Shown here: piece after piece, positions 38,509 through 50,477 of the stretch | Layout of the letters: every line of letters begins with the position of its first letter | Numbering within the stretch: the stretch's first letter is position 1 | Assembly: GCA_041619375.1 (NCBI GenBank) | Contig: JBFKEA010000002.1 | Span: 1,689-65,688, forward strand | DNA length: 64,000 nt | From: Spongiibacter sp. | GTDB lineage: Bacteria; Pseudomonadota; Gammaproteobacteria; Pseudomonadales; Spongiibacteraceae | Direction of reading: 5' to 3' | The notes under the pieces: model-generated | Databases searched by the model: none | Told to the model about the DNA's origin: nothing | The model's input: the letters and a program-made list of their open reading frames with translations, nothing else | Translations under genes and position numbers: made by a program

Positions 38509-41382
38509 ATGACCCTTTCACTCAAGCAACTCAGCGACTCTGGTGAATTCCAACAGCGGCACATCGGCCCCAATGCCGAGCAAGCCCAGGCCATGCTCAA
38601 CAGCCTGGGGGCAGATTCTCTGGAGGGCCTTATCAGGGAAACCGTGCCGGCATCTATTTTGCGCGACCGACTGCCGCTACCCGATGGCATCAGCGAAAAC
38701 GACGCCCTTGCCGAGCTGGCGGCAATCGCCGCCAAGAACACAGTCGCTCGCTCCTTTATCGGTATGGGCTATTACGACACCCACACCCCCAAAGTGATTT
38801 TGCGCAATGTGTTGGAAAACCCCGGCTGGTACACCGCCTATACGCCCTACCAGCCCGAAATCGCCCAGGGGCGACTTGAGGCCCTGCTAAATTTCCAGCA
38901 GATGGTCATCGACCTCACCGGGCTGGATCTCGCCAACGCCTCACTGCTGGACGAGGCCACCGCGGCCGCCGAAGCCATGGCGATGTGCAAACGCGCCGCC
39001 CGCAAAAATAAAAGCGATGTGTTTTTTGTCGACGCCCAGTGCCACCCGCAAACCATTGCCGTACTCAAGACCCGCGCTGAAGCGCTCGGGCTGGAAATCT
39101 ATATTGGCGACGCCTTCAGCGAACTGGCCGAGCAGGACTGCTTCGGCGTATTGGTTCAATACCCGCAAACTGACGGCCGCGTCCGCGATCTGCGCGAACT
39201 CTGCCAACTAGCCCAACAGAAAGACTGCCTGAGCGTCGTCGCCGCTGACATTTTAAGTTTGGTCTTACTCACCCCGCCCGGCGAGCAGGGCGCCGACATT
39301 GTCGTTGGCAGCGCCCAGCGCTTTGGCGTTCCCATGGGCTTTGGCGGCCCCCACGCCGCCTTCTTTGCCACCAAGGACAAGCACAAGCGCTCGGTACCCG
39401 GCCGCATTATTGGCGTTTCGGTCGACAGCCGCGGCAAACCGGCGCTGCGCATGGCTATGCAAACCCGCGAGCAACATATCCGCCGCGAAAAGGCCACCTC
39501 CAATATTTGTACCTCCCAGGCCCTGCTGGCGATCATGGCGGTGTTCTACGCAATCTACCACGGCCCCGAAGGCCTGCGCCGCATCGCCCTGCGCGTCAAC
39601 CGCCTGACCGCGGTATTGGCCAAAGGCTTGGAGCAACTGGGTTACCCGACAAACCCGCAGTTCTTTGACACCCTCAGCGTCAGCACCGGCGCCAACACCG
39701 CGAGTATTGCCAACGCCGCCGAAGCGCAACTGCTGAATTTGCGCCGCAATGGCGATGCCCTGGGCATCAGCCTCGACGAAACCAGTCGCGCCGAAGACAT
39801 CGAGCGGCTGTGGGCGCTGTTTGCCGACGGCAAACCACTGCCCAGCATCGACACCATCGACGCCGAGCTGCCCGAACTGCCTGGCATTCCCGCCGAGCTG
39901 CAACGCCACAGCGCTATTCTCCAACACCCGGTGTTCAACAGCTACCACTCGGAAACCGAGATGCTGCGCTATATGAACCGGCTTGAGCGCCGCGACATTG
40001 CCCTCAATCACTCGATGATTGCGCTGGGTTCTTGCACCATGAAACTCAATGCCACCAGCGAAATGATTCCGGTCACCTGGCCCGAACTGGGGCGCATTCA
40101 CCCCTTTGCGCCGGTCTCACAGATTGGCGGCTATCTGCAGCTGGTCGACGAGCTGGAAAAACAGCTGGTGGAGTGCACCGGCTACGACAAATTCTCCATG
40201 CAGCCCAATGCCGGCTCTCAGGGTGAATACGCGGGCTTGCTGGCCATTCGCCGCTACCACGAAAGCCGCGGCGATGAGCAGCGCGACATCTGCCTGATTC
40301 CCAGCTCGGCCCACGGCACCAACCCCGCTTCGGCGGCGATGGCCAGCATGCGCGTGGTGATTGTTAACTGCGACGAACTCGGCAATGTCGATATCGATGA
40401 CCTGCGCAGCAAGGCGGAACAGCACAGCGACGAATTGGCCGCACTAATGGTCACCTACCCCTCGACCCACGGCGTGTTTGAGGAAGGCATCGGCGAAATC
40501 TGCGACATCATCCACCAGCACGGCGGCCAAGTGTACGTCGACGGTGCCAATATGAACGCCTTGGTGGGTCTTGCCGCCCCCGGTCACTTCGGCGCAGATG
40601 TCTCCCACCTCAACCTGCACAAGACCTTCTGCATCCCCCACGGCGGCGGCGGCCCCGGCATGGGCCCCATCGGCGTCAAAGCCCATTTGGCGCCGTTTTT
40701 ACCCAACCACCCGGTACAGCCCATCGACGGCCTGAGCCGCGACAATGACACAGTCTCGGCCGCCACCTACGGCAGCGCCAGCATCTTGCCGATCTCCTGG
40801 ATGTATATCCGCATGATGGGCGGCGCCGGTCTGCGCCGCGCCACCGAAGTGGCCATCCTCAACGCCAACTACATCGCCAAGCGCCTCGCGGATCATTACC
40901 CCGTGCTCTACACCGGCACCCAGGGCCGCGTTGCCCACGAGTGTATTATTGACCTGCGCCCCTTAAAGGAAAGCAGCGGCATTACCGAAGAAGATGTTGC
41001 CAAGCGCCTGATGGACTATGGTTTCCACGCCCCGACCATGTCCTTTCCGGTACCCGGCACACTGATGATTGAGCCCACCGAAAGCGAATCCAAGACCGAG
41101 CTCGACCGCTTCTGCGACGCGATGATCAGCATCCGCCGAGAAATCGCCCGCGTCGAGGCCGGCCAACTCCCCGCCGATGACAACCCGCTGGTCAATGCAC
41201 CGCATACCCAGGCCGATGTTGTCAGCAGCGACTGGAGCCGCGCCTACAGCCGCGAAGAAGCCGCATGGCCCGTCTCAGAACTTAAGGACGCCAAATACTG
41301 GCCCACCGTCAATCGCATCGACAACGTCTATGGCGATCGCAACCTGATTTGTTCCTGCCCACCACTGGACAGCTATCGCTAG
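38509..41382 (+). CDS. gcvP: Glycine dehydrogenase (decarboxylating), P protein
   Basis: [37 protein letters not shown]-Lys motif HLNLHKTF and GGGGPG; 957 aa. Confidence 0.98.
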   Translation: MTLSLKQLSDSGEFQQRHIGPNAEQAQAMLNSLGADSLEGLIRETVPASILRDRLPLPDGISENDALAELAAIAAKNTVARSFIGMGYYDTHTPKVILRNVLENPGWYTAYTPYQPEIAQGRLEALLNFQQMVIDLTGLDLANASLLDEATAAAEAMAMCKRAARKNKSDVFFVDAQCHPQTIAVLKTRAEALGLEIYIGDAFSELAEQDCFGVLVQYPQTDGRVRDLRELCQLAQQKDCLSVVAADILSLVLLTPPGEQGADIVVGSAQRFGVPMGFGGPHAAFFATKDKHKRSVPGRIIGVSVDSRGKPALRMAMQTREQHIRREKATSNICTSQALLAIMAVFYAIYHGPEGLRRIALRVNRLTAVLAKGLEQLGYPTNPQFFDTLSVSTGANTASIANAAEAQLLNLRRNGDALGISLDETSRAEDIERLWALFADGKPLPSIDTIDAELPELPGIPAELQRHSAILQHPVFNSYHSETEMLRYMNRLERRDIALNHSMIALGSCTMKLNATSEMIPVTWPELGRIHPFAPVSQIGGYLQLVDELEKQLVECTGYDKFSMQPNAGSQGEYAGLLAIRRYHESRGDEQRDICLIPSSAHGTNPASAAMASMRVVIVNCDELGNVDIDDLRSKAEQHSDELAALMVTYPSTHGVFEEGIGEICDIIHQHGGQVYVDGANMNALVGLAAPGHFGADVSHLNLHKTFCIPHGGGGPGMGPIGVKAHLAPFLPNHPVQPIDGLSRDNDTVSAATYGSASILPISWMYIRMMGGAGLRRATEVAILNANYIAKRLADHYPVLYTGTQGRVAHECIIDLRPLKESSGITEEDVAKRLMDYGFHAPTMSFPVPGTLMIEPTESESKTELDRFCDAMISIRREIARVEAGQLPADDNPLVNAPHTQADVVSSDWSRAYSREEAAWPVSELKDAKYWPTVNRIDNVYGDRNLICSCPPLDSYR

Positions 41383-41427
41383 GCAGATATTTCCGATCTT
41401 TGAAGCCAGTCGTCAACCGCCTACACC

Positions 41428-41465
41428 GCAGTGCCTAGTCGCTCACAGAGCGTTTAGCACTGCGG
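41428..41465. terminator. Hairpin between convergent gcvP and DUF4332 genes
   Basis: CGCAGTGC...GCACTGCG outer stem with inner CGCTC/GAGCG stem; no U tract. Confidence 0.4.
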
Positions 41466-41493
41466 CCAAGCCGCGACGACGCGCCGGCGTTTA

Positions 41494-41898
41494 CTAGTGG
41501 CTTACCTTGCGCGGCAGCACCTTGGCCTGAGCAACCCAGTCGGTCACCTGAGATACCGATGGTACTTTGTGCACTAAGTGCTGTGCTTCATTGCACTCCG
41601 CCATCTTTTTCTGCAGGTTTTCTGCATTGCGCTGTGCCAATTCAGGCACAGTGTCAACGCCGGCGGCTTCCAGCAGATCGGCATACTGCGTACTCACACC
41701 CTTGATTCGCGCAAGGTCGGCGCGATTCACCCAATCCAGAATACGCTTTTCACTGATTCCGGACTTGTCAGCCAGCTCCCTGCGCGCCGGCTTTTTGCAG
41801 CACTGCTCCAACAGGGCCTCAATAGAGGTAATACCCGCACTGTTTAGCTTGCCTGAATAAGCCTGACCAATACCTTCAATTGCAGATAATTTCGTCAT
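41494..41898 (-). CDS. DUF4332 (helix-hairpin-helix) protein
   Basis: IEGIG...L..AGI and ADLARIKGV..QYADLLEAAGVDTVPELAQRN motifs. Confidence 0.88.
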   Translation of the reverse strand: MTKLSAIEGIGQAYSGKLNSAGITSIEALLEQCCKKPARRELADKSGISEKRILDWVNRADLARIKGVSTQYADLLEAAGVDTVPELAQRNAENLQKKMAECNEAQHLVHKVPSVSQVTDWVAQAKVLPRKVSH

Positions 41899-42414
41899 AT
41901 CTCACCCGTCATCTTCTTAGCGGTTAATCACATTGGCACAAACCATCGCGGCGCAAACTAAATCAAACCGCAGCATGACGTGCACGTTATAAACATAGAG
42001 GTGATCGCTAGCCCAGGCAATCAGGCAAATCCCGCAAGTGCACGACACCCGCCCGGCAACGCTAACAAGACACATGAGCAGACATGAGAACTAGATTCAT
42101 AGCTTGCTGTTTTCGCTTTAAAAAAAGCCGATGTAAGGCACGTAAGCAAAGCGATTTTGCAAAATTCGCTATATCAATCGCCGCCTTAGTAGCGAAAAAA
42201 TCTCACACCAACACCTAAAACTGCGCCCCACATCGATCGCTGACAGCCCCCCTGTAAACGCCCTCGCCAGCCCAGCAGAACAGGCCTAGGCCCAAGCTGG
42301 GCTGCACTCTCCACCCGCCTTGCGCCGGCTATACTGGAAAAGACATACTACGCAACCGGCCACGCTCACGCCGCCAACCTATCGCGGCCATGTAATGAGT
42401 CACAAGGAATACAT

Positions 42415-42753
42415 ATGAACAAACGCCAACTGGCTGCCTACATGATGATGTTTTCAGGCATCGCACATTTATTACAGCTCGCTCTCATGGGTACAGACGA
42501 CCCCGACACGGTGAACGGTTCACTATTTGGCAGCACCTTTATCCTTGTCAGCTTATTGCTATTCACCCGCTGGCGACTGGGTTTGTGGGTGGGGGTGGTA
42601 TGGCCGCTAATTATGGGCCTCGGTGCCAGCTACCGCATTGTTGCGCTGAGCCCAACGCCGCAAACTTACCTGTTTACGCTAATCGACTTTGCGGTAGTTG
42701 CACTCTGCCTGATGGCGCTTAGAGAAACGTCCGCCACGGACGCCAACACTTAG
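42415..42753 (+). CDS. Small four-helix membrane protein of unknown function
   Basis: AAGGA SD before ATG; four hydrophobic segments. Confidence 0.7.
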   Translation: MNKRQLAAYMMMFSGIAHLLQLALMGTDDPDTVNGSLFGSTFILVSLLLFTRWRLGLWVGVVWPLIMGLGASYRIVALSPTPQTYLFTLIDFAVVALCLMALRETSATDANT

Positions 42754-43100
42754 CGCCCGAACTGGGTGCCCAGTCGCCCCACGTAGCCCACCAACTGAAT
42801 ACGCCGCAACAACGAAGGCCTAGACCACTTAGCATTAGCATTAGCACAAGCTCTGCCCCGCTGGGATGCGGACCCTGACAAGCCAGACTAATGGCTAAAT
42901 GAAGGCCGACCCTGCCCGCCCCTAACGTTACACCGCTGGCAATAGCGCGAAAAAGCCCCACCCTTACTGCAAAAAGGTGAACTCCAACAACAAAATAACG
43001 ACTTTTTTATGAAAGCCCGTGCGTAGGTCACAGACTTTTTAGGGGATTTTACTCTAACATCGCCACCTAGCGGGTTTGACTGTTGTTTTTACACACAACA

Positions 43101-43140
43101 TCCGTAAAACTACGTACCATTACGCATACTTACGTATATC
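43101..43140. repeat. Four 10-bp phased units (T[AC]CG[TC]A-N4), candidate operator array
   Basis: TCCGTAAAAC TACGTACCAT TACGCATACT TACGTATATC. Confidence 0.6.
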
Positions 43141-43174
43141 GTTGTAACAGCTATAAAATCCCGGAGGGGAATCT

Positions 43175-45592
43175 ATGAAAAATAAAACCCTAGCGCTAGC
43201 GCTTGCCTCAGCTGTACTGGCGGCCTGTGGCGGTGGCGGTGACGCTCGCAGCCCCGACCGCCCAGCTTTAAAAGTAGACCCCGCCACCCTCGAAATCAAG
43301 TTTGTCAAAGACATTAACCAGCTGCCCGGCACCGGCAATAACCGCATTTCTGTGCGTATGCTGGCATTGCGCTCAGACGGCATTAACATGAATGTGGGCC
43401 CCAAGCAGGTGCTAACCGACAAAACCAGCTGGAGCCTAGAAGAAAGCGATCTCGGTGATCCAGCTATCGCCGCGCTGGCGGAAAATGTCCGCGAAGTCGC
43501 CGGCCTCGGTAAGGTGCAGGATATTCTCAGCACCATGCGAATGAGCATTGATGACGCCCCCGTTTCCACTCGTATTACCGGTGTCTACAAGCACAATAAA
43601 GTGGACTACCCAATTGTTGCCACCTATACCATTGAACCGCCTAAAGCGCTGGACGATCCATTCATCAGCGGCCCGGAAACCATCGTACTTAACCCGCTGA
43701 AGCCCAACGACACCGCCACCGGCAAGTACAGCCTGTTGCAGGCTCTGCAGGGACTGGCCTCTCGCGAAAACCGCACCCACACCGTGCGCTTCTGCGAGAC
43801 CAGCGAATATCTGGAAATCACTGAAGAACAGCCGCGCCCCATCGACGATGGCGATGTGGACATTACCTTCAGCAACCCCTTTGCCGACGGCAGTAAGTCC
43901 CAGCTAAGCGTCGACATTTACGCGGTTAACGCCGACAAAACCTGTGAAGACCCCAACGCCACGCGCTACGAAAAGACCATTAATATTGTGGCCGGCACAA
44001 TCAGCGACGTTGCCGCCTGTGTAGTCACCAACCCCGCCGACGATGTCTGCGAGGCTACTACCGGTGACTTCAATAGCGCCTATCTCGACAGCTGCAAGGG
44101 CTTGGACACCGACAGCGTCAGCATCCCCGCTGCCCAAAACCTGCAGATGGCGGCCCGCCTGACCTATACCAACCCGCGAGACCCACAACAGCCGCCGCTT
44201 GATTTCTACAAATGTGCCAGCGCCGAGCGACTGGCCTGGAGCGCTGCCCCCGAGCTGATCTTCGAAGACGCCCCCGACGCCGCCAATGGCAACGGCAGCA
44301 CCGTCAACCGGCTCGACTTTGACAATATTGCCGCTGCTGATCGTGCCAGCACCGTCACCGCCAGCTATACCGCCAACCCCGAAGACGGCGATGATGCGGT
44401 CACGATCGAAGACGCACTGACCCTGAATCTGGTCGGCGTCGAGGTGGCAGAAATCCGCATTGATCGCGTTGACGGCGAAAGCGGCCCCGACACCATCTAC
44501 CTAAATGTCTTCCGCGAAGGCATCGACTACGAGGCGAAATGCCGCTTTAGCGAATTCGGCACTGAAAGTGCTGATTTTGTCACCTGCCCCGCCAGTTTGG
44601 TCGCGTGGACAGTAGCGCCGGAAGGTATTGTTGCACCCACCCCGAGCAGCGGTGCCACCACGGAGTTGAAACCGCTGGAAACGCCTAATGGCCAGGGCGA
44701 CGTGGTCTTGACCGCCACCTACAACGGCGGCCTTAACCCAATCAGCGCTACCCGTGACGTAACTACCGTCGAAGACAGCATTGTTGAACTACGCCTGTTT
44801 ATGCAACCCAAAGCCAGCAGCTCAGATCTGGCGATCGACCCATTTGCCTGTGTGGGCCGCGATGACTTGGTTGGCACCCTCAGCAGCGGCGAAATCACCC
44901 GCGGTGGCCAGCAGTTTAAGGCCTACGCCCTGTTTGCCAGCTCTGGCGAAACGACAGCGCCGCAAGGCTGGCTGACTGCCCCCAACGGCGTGGATTCGCA
45001 ACTGCGTGACATCACCGACCAAGCGGAACTGCGTTTCTCTGCGGTCACAGGTTATTGGGACGCTGCCCAGGGTTGTGTAACTGAATCCCAAAGCCCGGTT
45101 GGCGCATCAGACCTACCCGAGCAAATCCCAGCCGTTATAGCTCCCGCCGCCGGCTTTAACGCCGACAAAAAGGGCTATATTGAGTCTCGCGGCCTGCTTC
45201 GCCTGGGCACCGTCTGTGTGCAAGCCTACTTCGACCCCGATCTCGACGGTGTCAGCGACGGCGATATCACCTCGCTGGAAGGCTCGACAATAGCCGTACT
45301 GCCCGTCGCAGACGATGCACTGCTGGCCGAACAAGATGAGCTCTGCGAAACTCTGGACCCCCTACTGACAGCAGGGGGCGCTGGCGCTCAATTGCTCTTC
45401 AACCTCGGCCTCATCGGCGATCCTGTGCTCGCCACCTTGGCCGCTAATGAGGATGGCGGCGCGCTGCCAGTCGAGGACATCATTAATGCCCTGATCACCG
45501 GAGACTTCACCCCTCTCGGCGGTCCTGATGTCGAAAATGGCTTGGGTACCCTCACGTCTACCTTGCTCGGCGCTAACCCGGCCGGCAGCTAA
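43175..45592 (+). CDS. Large acidic Cys-rich lipoprotein, probable degenerate Ig-like repeats
   Basis: GGAGG SD; lipobox LAAC-GGGG; 805 aa, beta-rich, 12 further Cys. No family recognised with confidence. Confidence 0.8.
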   Translation: MKNKTLALALASAVLAACGGGGDARSPDRPALKVDPATLEIKFVKDINQLPGTGNNRISVRMLALRSDGINMNVGPKQVLTDKTSWSLEESDLGDPAIAALAENVREVAGLGKVQDILSTMRMSIDDAPVSTRITGVYKHNKVDYPIVATYTIEPPKALDDPFISGPETIVLNPLKPNDTATGKYSLLQALQGLASRENRTHTVRFCETSEYLEITEEQPRPIDDGDVDITFSNPFADGSKSQLSVDIYAVNADKTCEDPNATRYEKTINIVAGTISDVAACVVTNPADDVCEATTGDFNSAYLDSCKGLDTDSVSIPAAQNLQMAARLTYTNPRDPQQPPLDFYKCASAERLAWSAAPELIFEDAPDAANGNGSTVNRLDFDNIAAADRASTVTASYTANPEDGDDAVTIEDALTLNLVGVEVAEIRIDRVDGESGPDTIYLNVFREGIDYEAKCRFSEFGTESADFVTCPASLVAWTVAPEGIVAPTPSSGATTELKPLETPNGQGDVVLTATYNGGLNPISATRDVTTVEDSIVELRLFMQPKASSSDLAIDPFACVGRDDLVGTLSSGEITRGGQQFKAYALFASSGETTAPQGWLTAPNGVDSQLRDITDQAELRFSAVTGYWDAAQGCVTESQSPVGASDLPEQIPAVIAPAAGFNADKKGYIESRGLLRLGTVCVQAYFDPDLDGVSDGDITSLEGSTIAVLPVADDALLAEQDELCETLDPLLTAGGAGAQLLFNLGLIGDPVLATLAANEDGGALPVEDIINALITGDFTPLGGPDVENGLGTLTSTLLGANPAGS

Positions 45593-45618
45593 ACGACAAC
45601 AACAAAAAACAACAGCAG

Positions 45619-45640
45619 CGCGGCCTCCGGGCCGCGTTTT
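45619..45640 (+). terminator. Hairpin with short U tract between lipoprotein and OmpA genes
   Basis: CGCGGCC-TCCG-GGCCGCG-TTTT. Confidence 0.55.
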
Positions 45641-45670
45641 GCCATAGGGTAATACTAGGAGATACAGCAA

Positions 45671-46966
45671 ATGAAACTGCGTACACTTGTGCCGGTACTT
45701 GCGGCAGCGCTATTCAGCCAGCCTGCTTTGGCCGACAGGGATGACCGGGATAACGTCTTCGATGACCGCTGGCGCCTGCATATGATGCTTGGCGCTCAAG
45801 TCGCCGACGAATCTGACACCGACAATGGCACGCAAGCCAAAATGGGCTTTGGCAAGCCATTAAGCAGCTATGTGATGCTTGACGGCCACATCAATTACAG
45901 CGAGCTCAAAACGACCAAAAACGACGTTTACGAGCGCTCGGCCGCCGGCCTGGATGTGCTGTTCTTCCCCTTTGGTGCCTTTGAACTCGACGCCAGTGCA
46001 CTGCAGCCCTATTTCGGCGTCGGTGTGAGCTACCACGAAATCGACTTTGTCGGTGATCTTCAATCCGACTACGGCACCGACGCCGTTGCCGGTTTCACCT
46101 ATGACCTGGGCAATGCCGCGCTGCGCGCCGAAGCCCGCTATCAAGTCGACAAAATCCACGAAAAAGATGTCCTCGTGGATGACTACTTTTACACCTATGC
46201 CTTTATGCTCGGTTTCTCAATTCCCTTTGGCGACAAACCGCTGCCCTACAACTACGACAGCGATGGCGACGGCATTCCCGACCGCCTAGATAAATGCCCC
46301 AACACCCCACGCGGCACCCCTGTTGATGCCAGCGGCTGTCCACTGGATAGCGATGGCGACGGCGTACCCAATTTCCGCGACCAGTGCCCGAACACTCCCC
46401 GCGGTGCCAAAGTGAATGTCAATGGCTGCTCCATCGACGACGACCGCGACGGTGTGCCCAACGACATCGACCAGTGCCCCGGCACCCCCTACGGCGTGCC
46501 TGTTGACGTTCGCGGCTGCCCGCTGGACAGCGACAATGATGGCGTGCCCAACAAGATTGACCAGTGCCCCGGCACCCTACCCGGTATGAAAGTGAACACG
46601 CGCGGCTGCGTTATCTCGCAAACCGTGGATATCAGTGGCGTGCACTTTGAATACAACAAGGCGCGGCTGACGCTAGACGCAAAAACCGTGCTGGACGGTG
46701 TCGCCAAGGCGCTGAACAACGAGCCGGATATCCGCATTATCATTGCCGGCCACACTGACTCGCTGGGCAGCGATGCCTACAACAAGCGTCTGTCGCAGCA
46801 GCGCGCCCAGTCGGTAGTTGACTACCTGATCGGCAAAGGCATCGACAGTCAGCGCCTGCGCGCTGTGGGTTACGGCGAAAGCAAGCCCATCGCCGATAAC
46901 AACACAGATGAAGGCCGCGAGCGCAACCGCCGCGTAGAATTGCAGGTCATCAGCGCCAACAGCTGA
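45671..46966 (+). CDS. OmpA/OprF-family outer-membrane protein with thrombospondin type-3-like repeats
   Basis: Signal peptide, N-terminal barrel, DxDxDG repeats, OmpA_C motifs GHTD, NKRLSQQRA, GYGESKP and NRRVE. Confidence 0.93.
   Translation: MKLRTLVPVLAAALFSQPALADRDDRDNVFDDRWRLHMMLGAQVADESDTDNGTQAKMGFGKPLSSYVMLDGHINYSELKTTKNDVYERSAAGLDVLFFPFGAFELDASALQPYFGVGVSYHEIDFVGDLQSDYGTDAVAGFTYDLGNAALRAEARYQVDKIHEKDVLVDDYFYTYAFMLGFSIPFGDKPLPYNYDSDGDGIPDRLDKCPNTPRGTPVDASGCPLDSDGDGVPNFRDQCPNTPRGAKVNVNGCSIDDDRDGVPNDIDQCPGTPYGVPVDVRGCPLDSDNDGVPNKIDQCPGTLPGMKVNTRGCVISQTVDISGVHFEYNKARLTLDAKTVLDGVAKALNNEPDIRIIIAGHTDSLGSDAYNKRLSQQRAQSVVDYLIGKGIDSQRLRAVGYGESKPIADNNTDEGRERNRRVELQVISANS
46256..46615 (+). repeat. 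Four tandem 90-bp (30-aa) TSP3-like repeats inside the OmpA gene
   Basis: DSDGDGIPDRLDKCPNTPRGTPVDASGCPL and three further copies. Confidence 0.9.
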
Positions 46967-46987
46967 ACACCGGCTGCGAAGATCACC

Positions 46988-47011
46988 AAGGGGGCGAAAG
47001 CCCCCTTTTTT
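46988..47011 (+). terminator. Intrinsic terminator after the OmpA gene
   Basis: AAGGGGGC-GAAA-GCCCCCTT-TTTT. Confidence 0.9.
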
Positions 47012-47218
47012 GTGCTCATCGCCCTCCCAACTGAAAAACAGCAAAAGACTCACTACACTGTAAATTCATTGCGTTACCTTTTACGGGTACTCGCGCAGCA
47101 CCGCGGCCGACCAACACAAGCCCGCTGAGCCTAAATATTCAGCTCATTGTCCACGTTGCCCTTTGGCCGCCGACATTCGCCACACGAGCCCTCGTTATTA
47201 TGAAGGAGCACGCACTCC

Positions 47219-49230
<2,012 letters not shown>

Positions 49231-49234
<4 letters not shown>

Positions 49235-50364
49235 AAAAGCTCATTGCCAGTGCGACCCTGTGCTGCATCCTACCCATTACGGCGGTTGCCAGTGCCGACA
49301 TCAATGTGGGTGGCGCGCTGCGCTTTCAATACAGCTTTGAAGACTACGATGACGGCAACCGCCAGCGCGTCGGTGATATCGACCTCGACACCCTGCGCAT
49401 CAATTTCGACGGTAGTGTCGACAACATCTTGCTATCCGCCGAGCTTCGCTACTATCAGTACATGGAAGTCGTGCACCACGCCTGGCTGGGCTACCAGATA
49501 AACCCGCAGTGGCAGCTGCAATTCGGCATCACCCAACTGCCCTTTGGCAACCTGCCCTATAACTCCCACAGCTTCTTTTTCAGCAGTAACTACTACCTGG
49601 GGCTGGAAGACGACTACGACTTCGGCATTAAATTTCTCTACCAGGGTGAGCGACTTGAAAGCCAGCTTGCGCTGTTTAAAAACGACGAACAGGGCGGCAT
49701 CGACGGCTATGTCGACAACCGCAGTGACCGCTATTCCTACGATGTGGTCGGCAGCCGCAACACAGGTGAAGGGATCTACGACGCCCCCGGTACCGGCCGC
49801 GCCCTTGCCGAGAGCAATACCCTGGCTTGGCGGGTAGCCGGCGACCTGCTCGACCACAAGAGTGACAGCCTAGAAATCGGCTTGTCTGTCCTACACGGCC
49901 AGCTGCACAACGACGAAGACGCTTCAGCTGGCGACTACAGCGCCTTTGCCCTGCACTTAAATGGTCAATTTGGCCACTGGAACCTGCAATTATGCAGCGG
50001 CCACTACGAGTACAACACCGACGATGGCGCTGAGCTAATGGTGGTCGCGGCCTACTCCTTCTTCGATAGCATCGCAGCCTCAGCCGATATCCACAGCGCC
50101 AACCTCGCCTACCAGTTCGACCAGCCCGTCGACGGTATCGACAGCATTAGCCTCTACCTGGACAACAGCTTAGTCAGTGGCAAGTCAGCCGGCCTCGACG
50201 ACACCCGAATGCATGTCCTGGGAGCGGCAATCAGTAAGGGGAGCTTATTCACCTACGTGGACCTTATCCACGCCGAAAACCAGCCGTTTATCGGCGGCAG
50301 TATGGGTGCCAATGCCGGCAACCGTAACACCCGCTTTAACATTAACCTCGGCTTCTACTTCTAA
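49231..50364 (+). CDS. Outer-membrane porin-like protein
   Basis: ATGA overlap with the BCCT gene, signal peptide, GGALRFQY, C-terminal NINLGFYF. Confidence 0.8.
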
Positions 50365-50421
50365 GCGCCGAAGAGTGTGCAAACGCCCGCAGCACTGCAC
50401 AGCGGCACAAAAATAGATGAC

Positions 50422-50459
50422 AAAAAAAAGCCCCGCAGCAAACGCTGTGGGGCTTTTTT
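50422..50459. terminator. Bidirectional intrinsic terminator
   Basis: AAAAAAAAGCCCCGCAGC-AAAC-GCTGTGGGGCTTTTTT between the convergent porin and sat genes. Confidence 0.88.
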
Positions 50460-50477
50460 ACAATCAAGCTAGCGGGC

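Noticed and set aside
42132-42149. TGTAAG half-site as a GacA box for a Csr/Rsm sRNA
   Set aside because: The second half-site (CTTACA) is absent, and no GGA-rich sRNA-like tract follows.
42829-42846. TTAGCA x3 tandem repeat
   Set aside because: Too short to support a phase-variation or regulatory claim.
46256-46615. Regularly spaced DNA repeats as a possible CRISPR array
   Set aside because: In-frame 90-bp coding repeats of the OmpA protein, degenerate at codon third positions; no cas genes.
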